From an uncultured delta proteobacterium (GTDB lineage Bacteria > Myxococcota > Kuafuiibacteriia > Kuafuiibacteriales > Kuafuiibacteriaceae), in contig CAWDML010000001.1 of the NCBI GenBank assembly GCA_963803435.1, positions 1,280,001 to 1,344,000 on the forward strand: a stretch of 64,000 bases of DNA, written 5' to 3'. How positions within the stretch are numbered: the first letter of the stretch is position 1; each line of letters starts with the position of its first letter. A program made the translations under genes and the position numbers. Below the pieces are notes generated by a model. That model searched no databases. It was not told the origin of the DNA and worked only from the letters and a program-made list of their open reading frames with translations. Below are positions 19,054 to 29,315 of this stretch, one piece after another.

Positions 19054-20040
19054 ATGCGGGTCCTGACCGATCGAGAAATCGACCTCGCTCCCATCCTCTC
19101 CCGGACCGTCGCGATCGTCGGCTACGGCAATCAAGGCGCGGCTCAGGCGCTGAACCTGAGGGACTCCGGCGTCGAGGTCATCGTGGGGTCCCGCGCCCAG
19201 AGCCGCACGCAGAGGGAGGCGGAGACGGCCGGCTTCGAGGTCACGTCGATCGGGGACGCCGTCGAGCGCGCGGCGGTGGTGGCGATCCTGGCCCCAGACG
19301 AGGCCCAGGGATCGCTGTTCAGTGCCCAGGTGGCGCCCCACCTCCGCGAGGGCCAGACGCTCTCCTTCGGCCACGGCTTCTCGATTCACTTCGGGACGAT
19401 CGCGCCGCCGCCGTTCGTCGACGTGGTGCTGGTCGCGCCGGTCGGCCCCGGCAAGCTGCTCAGGAGCCGCTACCTGGAGAGCGGCGGCATCCCTTGCCTC
19501 ACCGCCGTGCACCAGGACCCGTCCCGGCACGCGCGCGAGGTGGCGCTCGCCTACGCCCGCGCCCTCGGCAGCGGACGCGCCGGGATCCTCGAGACCACCT
19601 TCCGCGACGAGTGCGAGACCGACCTGTTCGGAGAGCAGACGGTGATCTGCGGGGGCGTATCGTCGCTGATCACGGCGGGGTTCGAGACGCTGGTCGAGGC
19701 CGGATATCCGGAGGAGCTGGCGTTCTTCGAGTGCTGTCACCAGATGAAGCTGCTCGTCGATCTCATCTTCGAGCGCGGGATCGCCGGAATGCGGCACGCG
19801 ATCTCGAACACCGCCAAGTACGGCGATCTGACGCGCGGGCCTCGCGTGATCGATCCGTACGTCAAGGCGCGCATGCAGGAGATACTGGGTGAGATCCAGC
19901 GCGGTGAGTTCGCGCGGGAGTGGATCGGGGAGTTCGAGGCCGGCGCACCGAGGTTGAAGGCGTTGATCGAGGCGTCGGAGCAGCATCGGATCGAACGCGC
20001 CGGGGCGCGCCTCCGCCCGCTCGCGCGCGGAGAGCCGTGA
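19054..20040 (+). CDS. ilvC: ketol-acid reductoisomerase
   Basis: VAIVGYGNQGAAQALNLRDSG, FGHGFSIHF, ETDLFGEQTVICGG, ISNTAKYGD. Confidence 0.96.
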   Translation: MRVLTDREIDLAPILSRTVAIVGYGNQGAAQALNLRDSGVEVIVGSRAQSRTQREAETAGFEVTSIGDAVERAAVVAILAPDEAQGSLFSAQVAPHLREGQTLSFGHGFSIHFGTIAPPPFVDVVLVAPVGPGKLLRSRYLESGGIPCLTAVHQDPSRHAREVALAYARALGSGRAGILETTFRDECETDLFGEQTVICGGVSSLITAGFETLVEAGYPEELAFFECCHQMKLLVDLIFERGIAGMRHAISNTAKYGDLTRGPRVIDPYVKARMQEILGEIQRGEFAREWIGEFEAGAPRLKALIEASEQHRIERAGARLRPLARGEP

Positions 20041-20888
20041 ACCGGGGGCGTATCTCGATGATCGCCGCAGCCCTCCTCTGGTCCACCGGAGGGACTGCGA
20101 TCAAGGTGGCAGGCCTGCCGCCGGCGCCGATCGCGGGAGGTCGAGCCCTGGTGGCCGGGCTGCTGCTGTTCCTCCTGCTCCCCGAGACGCGAATGCGTCC
20201 CAACCGACGCGTCCTGGTGGTGGCGGTGACCTACGCGATGGTCTGTACGCTCTTCGTCTTCGCGAACGTGTACACCACCGCGGGCAGCGCGATCTTCATC
20301 CAGAACACCGCGCCTGTCTGGGTCTTGCTCGTGAGCCCGTGGCTCCTCGGCGAGCGGCCGACGCGCGCGGAGCAGGTCTCGGTTCCGATCTGCCTGATCG
20401 GCTGCGTGCTCTTCTTCCTCGACGACCCCGAGCTCGGTCGATTGACCGGCAACCTGATCGCGTTCGTCTCGGGTCTCGCGTACGCCGCCACGCTGATCGC
20501 CTGGCGCAAGGCGTCGCGGGAGGAAGCGCTCGCCGGCACCGCGTACGGCAACCTGCTGATCGCCGCGGCGATGCTTCCGCTGATCCACTTCGGTCAACTC
20601 ACCTTGCAGGGCGCCCTCGTCATCGTGTACCTGGGAAGCCTCCAGCAGGCCCTCGCGGCCCTGCTGTTCGTTCGGGGCTTTCAGCACACCAGCACGGTCG
20701 AGGCCTCGCTCCTGACCCTGCTGGAGCCGGTCTTCTCGCCGGTGCTGGCCTTCCTGGTGGTGGGCGAGGCGCTGGGACCCCTGGCGATCGCGGGGGGCGC
20801 GATCATCGTGGGCGCCACCGTATGGCGCATTCGCGCGACCCGGCCACAAGCCTTCGCAGGGGACTTGACCGTCGGCGACCAGCGTTAG
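20037..20888 (+). CDS. DMT/EamA family transporter
   Basis: GTG overlapping the ilvC stop; about 10 TM helices; LLWSTGG, AIFIQNTAP, LLEPVFSP..AFLVVGE. Confidence 0.92.
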   Translation: MNRGRISMIAAALLWSTGGTAIKVAGLPPAPIAGGRALVAGLLLFLLLPETRMRPNRRVLVVAVTYAMVCTLFVFANVYTTAGSAIFIQNTAPVWVLLVSPWLLGERPTRAEQVSVPICLIGCVLFFLDDPELGRLTGNLIAFVSGLAYAATLIAWRKASREEALAGTAYGNLLIAAAMLPLIHFGQLTLQGALVIVYLGSLQQALAALLFVRGFQHTSTVEASLLTLLEPVFSPVLAFLVVGEALGPLAIAGGAIIVGATVWRIRATRPQAFAGDLTVGDQR

Positions 20889-20893
20889 AACCG

Positions 20894-21910
20894 ATGTTGA
20901 GCATGCGAGCGCTCGGGATCGTCCTGGTCGTCCTCCTCCTCGCCGCAGGCGGTGCGTACTTCTACCTCGACTGGTCCGTGACCACTCCGATCGATCCCGC
21001 CCAGAAGGAGACGGTGGTCTTCGAGGTACCGAAAGGCGCGACGCTCAACCAGGTCGGGGGCGCTCTGGTGAAGGCCGGCTTCGTGCGGAGCGCGCTCCCC
21101 TTCAAGATCTGGGTGAAGCTGCATCCGTCGATCGAGGTGCCGAAGGCGGGCAAGCACGAGATCAGCAAGGCCATGAACGTGTCCGAGCTGCTGTTCGTGC
21201 TCGCCTCGAAGCCGTTGTCGGAGGACGTGCCGCTGGTCATCGTTCCCGGCTGGCGCGTGCGGGACACCGACGCCTTCCTCTCGGGAAAGGGCATGATCGA
21301 CGCCGGCGAGTACCTCAAGGCCGCCGCCGACAAGACCCGCTTCCAGCTCGCGTTCCCCGTCGAGGGCGACACGCTCTCCGGCTATCTCTGGCCGGAGACG
21401 TACATGGTGCCGCCGGGCAAGCTCGACGTCGACAAGCTGATCCAGCGGCAGCTGGACGCGTTCAACGAGGCCTTCTACGTGCCCAACCGCGACGAGATCG
21501 AGAAGTCGGGTCGATCGCTGCAGCAGATCGTGATCGTGGCCTCGCTCCTCGAGCGAGAGGAGCCCAAGCCCGAGATGCGACCCGACATCGCCGGCATCAT
21601 CTACAAGCGGCTCGACAAACGGATCCCCCTCGGCGTCGACGCGACCAGCCGCTACACGCTCGACGACTGGAACGATCGAGCGGCGTTCCTCAAGATGCTC
21701 AACGACCCCGACGATCCGTACAACACCCGCAATCGGCCGGGGCTCCCCCCGGGACCGATCGGCGAGCCCGCGCTCGACTCGCTGCTGGGCGCGCTCCGGC
21801 CGAAGCGGAGCCCGTATCTGTACTACCTCCACGACAAGGACCACAACGTCCACTTTGCCCGCACCGGCGACGAGCACGAAGCGAACCGGCGCAAGTACAA
21901 CGTCTACTGA
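20894..21910 (+). CDS. mltG: endolytic transglycosylase MltG
   Basis: N-terminal TM; GYLWPETY, ASLLERE, LGVDAT, PYNT..RPGLPPGPI, YLYY...HFART..EH. Confidence 0.94.
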   Translation: MLSMRALGIVLVVLLLAAGGAYFYLDWSVTTPIDPAQKETVVFEVPKGATLNQVGGALVKAGFVRSALPFKIWVKLHPSIEVPKAGKHEISKAMNVSELLFVLASKPLSEDVPLVIVPGWRVRDTDAFLSGKGMIDAGEYLKAAADKTRFQLAFPVEGDTLSGYLWPETYMVPPGKLDVDKLIQRQLDAFNEAFYVPNRDEIEKSGRSLQQIVIVASLLEREEPKPEMRPDIAGIIYKRLDKRIPLGVDATSRYTLDDWNDRAAFLKMLNDPDDPYNTRNRPGLPPGPIGEPALDSLLGALRPKRSPYLYYLHDKDHNVHFARTGDEHEANRRKYNVY

Positions 21911-21911
21911 C

Positions 21912-23714
21912 ATGAAGATCCGCATCCTCGCCGCGCTCGCGGCCACGCTCACCGCCTGCTCGACCGCCTCCTCACCGCCGCCGAAGAACGGGAGCAGCAA
22001 GGCGCTGGAGAACGGCGCGGCTACCGGGGTCGCAGATCCGGAGCTGGCCGCGCTCTTGACGGACCACTGGGAGGCGTCGCTGAAGACGTTCCCCGTGCAC
22101 GCGACCCAGCTGGGCGAGCACCGTTTCGACGCCGAGATCTTCGATCGATCTCAGCCGGCGCTGGAGAAGCTCAAGGCCTTCACCCAGAAGGCGCTCGAGC
22201 GGGCCCGCGCCATCCCGGAGGATCGCCTCTCACCGGCGGACCGCGTCACGCGCGCGCTCTTCATCGAGGACCTGGAGAGCAGCGTGGCCTCGGACCAGTG
22301 CGAGTTCGAGAAGTGGTCGCTCTCGCCACGGGACAATCCGGTCACCGAGTGGAACGAGCTGCCGGAGCTCCATCCGATCAAGTCGGTCGAGGACGGCAGG
22401 AACTTCGTCTCGCGGCTCGACAAGAGCGCCACCGCGATCGACGACACCATCGCGAACCTCAGGCTCGGCGCCAAGCAGGGGTGGTATCCGAACGCCGAGT
22501 CGACACGGCGCGTGCTGGAGATGACCGAGACGCTGCTGGCGAAGGACTCCCCGGAGTGGAGCCTGGCGTCGCCGGCGAAGAAGTCCTACGAGGGCTGGAG
22601 CGACGACGACACCGAGTCGTTCCGCGCCGGCGTCCTTCGCATCGCGAAGGAGAAGCTGCGTCCGGCCTTCGAGCGCTACCGCGACCTCTTGAAGAACGAG
22701 ATCCTGCCGCACGCCCGGTCCGAGTCCGAGACCGGCGTGGGTGCGCTGCCGTTCGGCGCAGCCTGCTACACGGCCATGATCCGGCAGTACACGACGCTCC
22801 CGCTGGACGCCAAGACGGTCCACCAGACGGGGCTCGACGAGATCGAGCGGATCAACGGCGAGATGCGGCAGCTCGGCAAGAAGCTGTTCGGGACCGACGA
22901 CCTGGCGCAGATCGTCAAGAAGCTGAGGACCGATCAGAGCCTCTATTTCACGTCGGCCGAGGAGATCGAGGCGAAGGCCAACAAGGCGCTGGCGTCCGCG
23001 AAGGCGAAGCTGCCTGAGTACTTCGGCATCCTGCCCAAGGCGGACTGCGTCGTGCGCATCATCCCGGAGTACGAGGCGCCCTTCACGACGATCGCCTACT
23101 ACCGAGAGCCCGTCCCGGACGGCAGCAAGCCCGGCGAGTACTTCATCAACATCTACCAGCCGACCACGCGCCCGCGGTTCGAGGCGGAGGCGCTGGCGTT
23201 TCACGAGTCGATCCCGGGCCACCACGTGCAGATCGCGATCGCGCAGGAGCTGCCGGACGTCCCTGCGTTCCGGAAGCACCTGGAGCTGACCGTGTTCGTC
23301 GAGGGCTGGGCGCTCTACACCGAGCAGCTCGCCGACGAGATGGGGCTGTACTCGAGCGATCTCGATCGCATGGGGATGCTGAGCTTCGAGGCCTGGCGCG
23401 CCGCCCGGCTGGTCGTCGACACCGGCATCCACGCGATGGGCTGGAGCCGCGATCGTGCGAAGACGTTCATGGCGGAGCATACGGCGCTCGCGCTGAACAA
23501 CATCGACAACGAGGTCGATCGCTACATCGTGTGGCCGGGCCAGGCCCTGGGCTACAAGACCGGCCAGATGGAGATCTCGAGGCTACGGCGCGAGGCCGAG
23601 AAGAAGCTGGGTGATCGCTTCGACCTGCGCCATTTCCACGATGTCGTGTTGGGCGGCGGCGCCGTGACGCTCCCGCTGTTGCGGGCCCGCGTCGAGGAGT
23701 ATACGAGGAAGTGA
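21912..23714 (+). CDS. DUF885 family lipoprotein (metallopeptidase-like)
   Basis: Lipobox LTAC; HESIPGHHVQ, FVEGWALY, WRAARLVVDTGIH, EVDRY..WPGQALGYK. Confidence 0.92.
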   Translation: MKIRILAALAATLTACSTASSPPPKNGSSKALENGAATGVADPELAALLTDHWEASLKTFPVHATQLGEHRFDAEIFDRSQPALEKLKAFTQKALERARAIPEDRLSPADRVTRALFIEDLESSVASDQCEFEKWSLSPRDNPVTEWNELPELHPIKSVEDGRNFVSRLDKSATAIDDTIANLRLGAKQGWYPNAESTRRVLEMTETLLAKDSPEWSLASPAKKSYEGWSDDDTESFRAGVLRIAKEKLRPAFERYRDLLKNEILPHARSESETGVGALPFGAACYTAMIRQYTTLPLDAKTVHQTGLDEIERINGEMRQLGKKLFGTDDLAQIVKKLRTDQSLYFTSAEEIEAKANKALASAKAKLPEYFGILPKADCVVRIIPEYEAPFTTIAYYREPVPDGSKPGEYFINIYQPTTRPRFEAEALAFHESIPGHHVQIAIAQELPDVPAFRKHLELTVFVEGWALYTEQLADEMGLYSSDLDRMGMLSFEAWRAARLVVDTGIHAMGWSRDRAKTFMAEHTALALNNIDNEVDRYIVWPGQALGYKTGQMEISRLRREAEKKLGDRFDLRHFHDVVLGGGAVTLPLLRARVEEYTRK

Positions 23715-25442
23715 TGACCGCAGCCCTGGAGATGAGCGCCTCCGCCACCAGCCAACGAACGAGCGCACAGAAGTCGCTCGACGAAGCGGTGAAGGTGCTC
23801 GAGGACAACGCGCAGAAGTTTCTGGCGCTCTCGGTCCCGGAGAAGAAGACGCTGATCCGAGACACCATGGATCGTATCCTCGACGTCGCGGATGCCTGGG
23901 TCGCCGACGGATCGCGCGCGAAGGGCATCTCGGCCGACCAGGGTGAGGAGTGGCTCACCGGTCCAGTGCCGACGATGCGCAACCTGCGCCTGCTCCTCAG
24001 GACCCTCGACCGGATCGAGGGCAAGATGCCGTTGGTCGAGGACAAGCAGATCCACCGCCGTCCCGACGGCCGCCTCGAGGTGACCGTGTTCCCGAGCGAC
24101 GGGATGGACGGGGCCCTCTTCGCCGGCTTCTCCGTGAAGGCGCTGATGGAGGAGGGCATGGACTCGCTGGCCGTCAAGGAGAAGGCCGGCAAGCTCTACC
24201 AGGCCCACAGCCACGAGCCGGGCGTTTCGCTCATCCTGGGCGCCGGCAACGTCTCCTCGATCCCACCCACGGACGCCCTCTACAAGCTGTTCGCCGAGGG
24301 CCTGGTCCCGCTGATCAAGATGAACCCGGTGAACGAGTGGGTGGGCCCCCACCTCGAGCGCGCCTTCAAGCCGTTCATCGATCGGGGCTTCATGCGGATC
24401 GTGTACGGAGCCGGCGACGTGGGGAAGCATCTGGTCGAGCACCCCGGAGTGGCCGACGTCCACATCACCGGCTCGAACCACACGCACGATCTGATCGTAT
24501 GGGGCCCGCCCGGACCGGAGCGCGAGCGCCGGCGTCGCGACAACGATCCAGTGCTGAAGAAGCGCATCACCTCGGAGCTCGGGAACGTGAGCCCGGTCGC
24601 CATCGTGCCGGCACAGTACTCGGCCAGCGAGCTCGAGTTCATGGCGCGCAACGTGGCGGCCATGGTCACGAACAACGGCTCGTTCAACTGCAACGCGGCG
24701 AAGATGTTGATCACCGGCGGAAGGCTGGCCGCAGCGCGACGCGTTCATGCAGAACATCGAGCGCACGCTGAGCGAGACCCCGACCCGCCTCGCCTACTAC
24801 CCGGGCGCCTTCGATCGGTATCGGAAGCTGGTGGAGAACCGCGAGCACGTGAAGAAGCTCGGCACCGCCGGCGAGAAGAACCTGCCCTGGACGATCCTTT
24901 ACGACATCGACGCCTCCCAGAAGGACGAGCCGCTCTTCTCGACGGAGCCGTTCTGCTCGATCCTCTCGGAGACGCGCCTCTCCGCGAAGGACCCCGCGGA
25001 GTTCATCCAGAAGGCCGCCGAGTTCATGAACGACACGCTGTGGGGGACGCTCAATGCGATGATCGTCGTGCCGCCGAAGCTCGAGGGCTCGGGCGAGGTG
25101 GGCCAGGCGCTCGATCGCGCGATCCTGGATCTGCGCTACGGCACGGTCGCGATCAACCACTGGCCAGCGGTCGTCTTCGCCACCATGTCGCCGGCGTGGG
25201 GCGGTCATCCGTCGAGCACGCTCCAGAACGTGCAGAGCGGGATCGGCTGGGTCCACAACACCTATCTGCTCGAGGGGATCGACAAGTCGATCCTGCGGGG
25301 TCCGCTCACCGTCTTCCCCAAGCCCGCGTGGTTTGGGGACAACAAGAAGGTGGCCGCGATCGGACGCAAGCTGCTGCGGTTCGAGCACCACCCCGGCTGG
25401 CTCAAGGTTCCGGGCATCGCGCTCACCGCGCTCCAGGGGTAG
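23714..25442 (+). CDS. aldehyde dehydrogenase family protein; +1 frameshift at about 24713-24716
   Basis: ILGAGN, KMNPVN, VHITGS, SELGN (Glu) and FNCNA (Cys); removing one base joins ORF 24747-25442 (TEPF, LWGTL, LRYGTVAIN, QSGIG.VHN). Confidence 0.9.
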
Positions 25443-25447
25443 CCGGT

Positions 25448-26574
25448 CTGCTGCGCGTCGCGATCCTGACCAGGAAGTGGAGCGTCCGCGGCGGCAACGA
25501 ACGGCAGGCCGTCGAGCTGGCGCGCCACCTGCTCGGTGAAGGTCACCAGGTCCGCGTGCTCTGTCAGAGGTCGGACGGCAGCGCGGACGCGGTGGCGCAG
25601 GCCGAGCGCCTGCTGGGGATCGCGTTCGACCCGACCGCGTCGATGGTGACCTGGGTGGTGGCCGCGCGAAGGGCCGTGCGGCGCCTGCGTGCACGGCGTG
25701 AGATCGACGTGGCGGTGGGCTTCAGCCAGACGATCGTCCAGGACGTCTTCCGGCTCGGCGGAGGAACGCACGCCGCGTACCTGCACGCGACCGAGCGTCA
25801 CCGAGCGGCGCGCGGGGGCCGAGTGCTCGATCGGGTGGCCCTGGCGTTCGAGCGACAGCGGCTGCTGGTACAGAACACGCCCCGTCTGATCGCGCCCTGC
25901 CGTCGGGTGAAGGAGGAGCTCGAGCAGCACTATCGGATCGATCCTTCACGGGTCCGTGTGATCGTGAACGGGACCGATCTGACGCGGTTCTCTCCACACG
26001 GTCAGCCCGGTGAGCGCGCCGAGGTACGCCGCCGCTGGGGCGTGGCCGAGAGCGCGATGGTGGCGCTGTTCGTGGGACACAACCCGTACCTGAAGGGGCT
26101 CGATCTCGCGCTGGCCGCGAGCGCGCGGCTCGGTCTCACGCTGGTGTACGCCGGTCGCGCGAAGCAGCCCACACACCCGCCGCCGCACCTGATCTGGGAC
26201 GGCGAGCGCAGCGACATGGAGCGGCTCTATCGGGCGGCCGATCTGCTCATCGCGCCTGCGCGGTTCGATACGTTCGGCGGAGTGGTGCTCGAGGCGTACG
26301 CCTCGGGGCTCCCGGCGGTGGCGGCCGACCTGATTGGAGCGACGGACCTGGCCCGCGGCACCGAGCTGGAGGCGTTGCTCGTTCGAGATCCGGAGGACGC
26401 GGTCGCGCTGGACGACGCGATCCGGAGCGCGATCGCCCCGGTCGCCGCGAGGTCCTGGCCGTCGAGGCTCGCCGCGCCGCCGCGGGAGCGACGCTTCAGC
26501 GTTGGGGCGTCGAGATGACGGCGTGCCTCGCCGAGGCCGCACGTGATACGAGGTCGGCCGCGTGGTCCGCCTGA
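25448..26574 (+). CDS. glycosyltransferase family 4 (WaaG/RfaG-like); start unclear (CTG?), -1 frameshift at about 26435
   Basis: RVAILT..GGNER, VIVNGTD..RF, LFVG...KGLD, ADLLIAP..DTFG.V.LEA.ASGLP; adding one base gives a natural C-terminus ending at TGA 26572-26574. Confidence 0.85.
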
Positions 26575-27345
26575 GCGGCATGGTCATCACCAAAAACGAG
26601 GCCAAGCGGATTCGGCGCTTGCCTCGACTCACTCGGGTTCTGCGACGACATCGTGGTGATCGACTCGGGCTCCACGGACGGGACCGCCGACATCGCGCGG
26701 GCCAAGGGCGCACGCGTGTTCGAGCGGCCGTTCACCGGGATGAACGATCAGAAGGACTTCGGCCGCGCCCAGGCCGAGGGGGAGTGGGTGTTGAACCTGG
26801 ACGGCGACGAGGTGGTGACGCCCGAGCTCCGCGACGAGATCCGCGCGCTCCTCGAGCGCGGCCCGGACGCCGCCGCCTACCGCATCCCCTTCCGCAACCA
26901 CTTCCGCGACGCCTGGGTCCGCCGCTGCGGTTACTACCCCGACCCGCACGTCCGCCTGGTGGCCCGAGATCGAGCCCGCTGGGACGCGTCGGTCCCCGCG
27001 CACGATCACGTCGTCGTCGAGGGCTCCACCGGCACGCTCCACGGGCACATCGATCACTTCTCCTTCGAATCGATGGACCACTACCTCCGGAAGTCCGCCG
27101 GGTACGCGGACGCCTTCGCCCGCGACGCGCTCGCCCGCGGCCGACGTTCGGGCCCCGTCACCATCTTGGTGCACACGGTCTTCCGCTTCTTCAAGGCGTA
27201 CGTACTCAAGGCCGGCTTTCTGGAGGGAACGTTGGGGCTCACGATTGCCGGGCTCCAGGCGATCCAGGCTTTTCAGAAGTACGTGCGGCTCTGGGAGCTC
27301 GAGACCTCGAAGCCGGGCGACGAGCCGCGTACGAAGCGGGACTAG
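26562..27345 (+). CDS. glycosyltransferase family 2 (WaaE/KdtX-like beta-1,4-glucosyltransferase); +1 frameshift at about 26611
   Basis: VITKNE..I.ACLDSL...IVVIDSGSTDGT after removing one T; WVLNLDGDE, YPD..RL, KAYVLKAGFLEG..GL. Confidence 0.9.
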
Positions 27346-28527
27346 TCAGCCGGGTCCGAAATCTCTAGCGTGTAGATCCTTTGTGTGATCTACGTGGTTC
27401 GTGGGGGCGAACAAAGGACCTCGAAAAACGGAGATCACGCTGACTGACGACGAACAGCGCGAGCTCGAACGATTGACTCGTCGCGTGCGGTCGAATCGAC
27501 AGCTGGCACTTCGCGCGAAACTGGTGCTGAGCAGTTCCACTGGCGCGACCGATGCGGCGGTGGCGCGGAACCATCACGTGTCTCACCACACCGTTCGTCT
27601 GTGGAGAAGGCGGTTTGCGGAGTGCCGTCTCGAGGGGCTGTACGACCAGCCTCGCGTCGGCGCTCCGCGAAAGATCAGTGATGATCAGGTTGAAGAGATC
27701 GTGGTGCAAACGCTGGAAACGACGCCGAAGGGCCGTACGCATTGGAGCACGCGGAAGATGGCAAAGAATGCCGGGGTGAGCGCCAGTAGCGTCGGACGGA
27801 TCTGGCGGGCGCATGGCCTCAAGCCCCACGTCGTTCGCGGTTTCAAGTTGTCGAACGATCCGCAGTTCATCTCGAAGATTCGCGACGTCGTCGGTCTGTA
27901 CATGAGCCCGCCCGACAACGCTGTCGTGTTCTCCTTCGACGAGAAGCCGCAGGTCCAGGCGCTGGAGCGTGCTCAACCGATCCTTCCGATGGATCTCGGG
28001 ATGCCCGAGCGACAGACCCACAACTACATCCGCCACGGAACGCTCGACCTCTTCGCCGCCCTCAACGTCGCCACGGGCAAGGTCATCGCGCAGACCAAGG
28101 CACGACACCGAGCGAAGGACTTCGTCGCATTCCTCGGGACGATCGACAACGCGGTAGAGCCGGAACTTGACGTTCACGTCATCCTCGACAACCTCGCGAC
28201 GCACAAGACTCCACAGGTTAAGAGGTGGCTGCTACGCAATCCGCGCTTCCAGCTCCACTTCACACCAACCTATTCCTCATGGCTAAACCTGGTGGAACGG
28301 TTCTTCGCACTGCTGACCGAGGAAGCACTCACTCGCGGCTCCCACACCAGCGTCCCGGTACTTCGCAAGGCGATCGTCGATGACGTCGAAGTGCACAACG
28401 AAGAAGGCAAGCCCTTCGTATGGACGAAGACGGCCGACGAGATCCTCGACAAGATCATGGATTTCGGCAGACGCACAAAGCAGGTCCACCGCGGATAAAT
28501 GCGCTAGAAATCAGTGATCCAGCTGAC
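27345..28527 (+). mobile_element. IS630 family insertion sequence, apparently intact
   Basis: Imperfect TIRs CTAGTCAGCCGGGTCCGAAATCTCTAGCG / CTAGTCAGCTGGATCACTGATTTCTAGCG (22/29 including the CTA flank); TA duplicated at 27343-44 and 28528-29 in a CTAG target; lower GC than flanks. Confidence 0.92.
27401..28498 (+). CDS. IS630 family transposase
   Basis: HTH (WRRRF...GL.D.PR.G.P, THWSTRKMA); DDE triad SFDEK / ILDN / FTPTYSSWLNLVE; KPFVWTK. Confidence 0.96.
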   Translation: MGANKGPRKTEITLTDDEQRELERLTRRVRSNRQLALRAKLVLSSSTGATDAAVARNHHVSHHTVRLWRRRFAECRLEGLYDQPRVGAPRKISDDQVEEIVVQTLETTPKGRTHWSTRKMAKNAGVSASSVGRIWRAHGLKPHVVRGFKLSNDPQFISKIRDVVGLYMSPPDNAVVFSFDEKPQVQALERAQPILPMDLGMPERQTHNYIRHGTLDLFAALNVATGKVIAQTKARHRAKDFVAFLGTIDNAVEPELDVHVILDNLATHKTPQVKRWLLRNPRFQLHFTPTYSSWLNLVERFFALLTEEALTRGSHTSVPVLRKAIVDDVEVHNEEGKPFVWTKTADEILDKIMDFGRRTKQVHRG

Positions 28528-28562
28528 TAGGAGCGTGTAGCGCGTACGCGCTCACGCGACCC

Positions 28563-28595
28563 CGTCCGGGTCCCGGTCCCGGTCCGGGTCCCGAT
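28563..28595 (+). repeat. (GGTCCC/GGTCCG)n hexamer array, left subterminal repeat
   Basis: CGTCCGGGTCCCGGTCCCGGTCCGGGTCCCGAT; inverse complement of the array at 29245-29286. Confidence 0.9.
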
Positions 28596-28615
28596 TTGAA
28601 GATGGCTGCCTTGAG

Positions 28616-29047
28616 TCAGACGCTCGCGACGGTCGCGAGCTTCGATCGGTAGAGCTTGAGCAGGTTGTGGGTGAGGCAGACGAGCGTCCACTCGGCTCGT
28701 ACCTTGAAGAAGGAGCGTAGCGAGAACCGGCGGAATCCTCGTGCCGCTTTGATCTGTCCGAGCGCCGGTTCGACGATACTCTTCCTGCGGGGGTAGACCG
28801 CCTTGCCGTCGCGCGTTTGCAACTTGTCTCGCATTCGCTTGCGAGCGAGCGAGGCAGGTGTGGGCTCCGAAGCTGATGAGGACGGAGGGTCCTTGGACTG
28901 GATCGAGATCTCAATCGCGCTCAGCTCTACCTCATCGACGACGTCCAAGACGAAGTACGCGAGATGATTTTCTGGGAGCCACTCGAGAGGGGACGGCGGG
29001 AGCAAGAACGATTGTCTCGGAGTCCAAGAACGGTATTGCTTCGCCAC
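28616..29047 (-). pseudogene. IS1182 family transposase with a large in-frame internal deletion
   Basis: N-terminus QSFLLPPSPLEWLPENHLAYFV fused at ...SKDP| to C-terminus RRKSIVEPALGQIK..RGFRRFSLR...KV..EW.LVC..HNLLKL; only 143 aa, central catalytic region missing. Confidence 0.88.
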
Positions 29048-29057
29048 GAAACCATGG

Positions 29058-29239
29058 GAGGCTCGCTTCTACCGGATGGCACTTCGCTCTGGCACCGAAA
29101 GCGCCGCCTCACTCCACACCTGCTTGAGGCGCCGACTCGCCAACGAGCAGAAGTCCAAGCCGCCAGAGCCAAGCTCAAGCGCGTTGTCGAGATGCTCACG
29201 CGCCTCATCAAGTCGATGAACGCACGCCGGGCTGCATGA
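29058..29239 (+). pseudogene. four-helix-bundle protein (23S rRNA IVP/bAvd-like family), 5'-truncated frameshifted remnant
   Basis: Manual translation EARFYRMALRSGTESAASLHTCLRRRLAN, shift at about 29145, then AEVQAARAKLKRVVEMLTRLIKS matches the family C-terminal half (RFY.xA.RS..E.AA.LD ... L..IV.ML..L). Confidence 0.7.
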
Positions 29240-29244
29240 TTGCC

Positions 29245-29286
29245 ATCGGGACCGGGACCGGGACCGGGACCGGGACCCGGACCGGG
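29245..29286 (+). repeat. (GGGACC)n hexamer array, right subterminal repeat
   Basis: ATCGGGACCGGGACCGGGACCGGGACCGGGACCCGGACCGGG, just after the four-helix-bundle stop codon. Confidence 0.9.
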
Positions 29287-29315
29287 CTCGCGGTAGCGCT
29301 ACGCGCTACACGCTC

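Larger units (their letters stand above)
28531..29315 (-). mobile_element. 785-bp non-autonomous IS1182-derived element with long composite inverted ends
   Basis: Perfect 16-bp TIR GAGCGTGTAGCGCGTA (28531-28546 / 29300-29315), CTAG on both sides, inverted similarity continuing to about 65-70 bp through hexamer arrays; contains a deleted transposase. Confidence 0.85.

Noticed and set aside
23711-26518. 935-aa ORF that looks like an aldehyde dehydrogenase-glycosyltransferase fusion
   Set aside because: Artefact of the +1 shift at about 24715. The middle part is off-frame nonsense, the true ALDH C-terminus is ORF 24747-25442, and GT4 is a separate gene in the same frame by chance.
29058-29239. 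Diversity-generating retroelement suggested by the Avd-like remnant
   Set aside because: No reverse transcriptase and no TR/VR repeat pair seen in the window.
28563-29286. Hexamer arrays as a CRISPR or coding repeat
   Set aside because: Contiguous 6-bp units with no spacers and no cas genes; they are inverted subterminal repeats of the mobile element.
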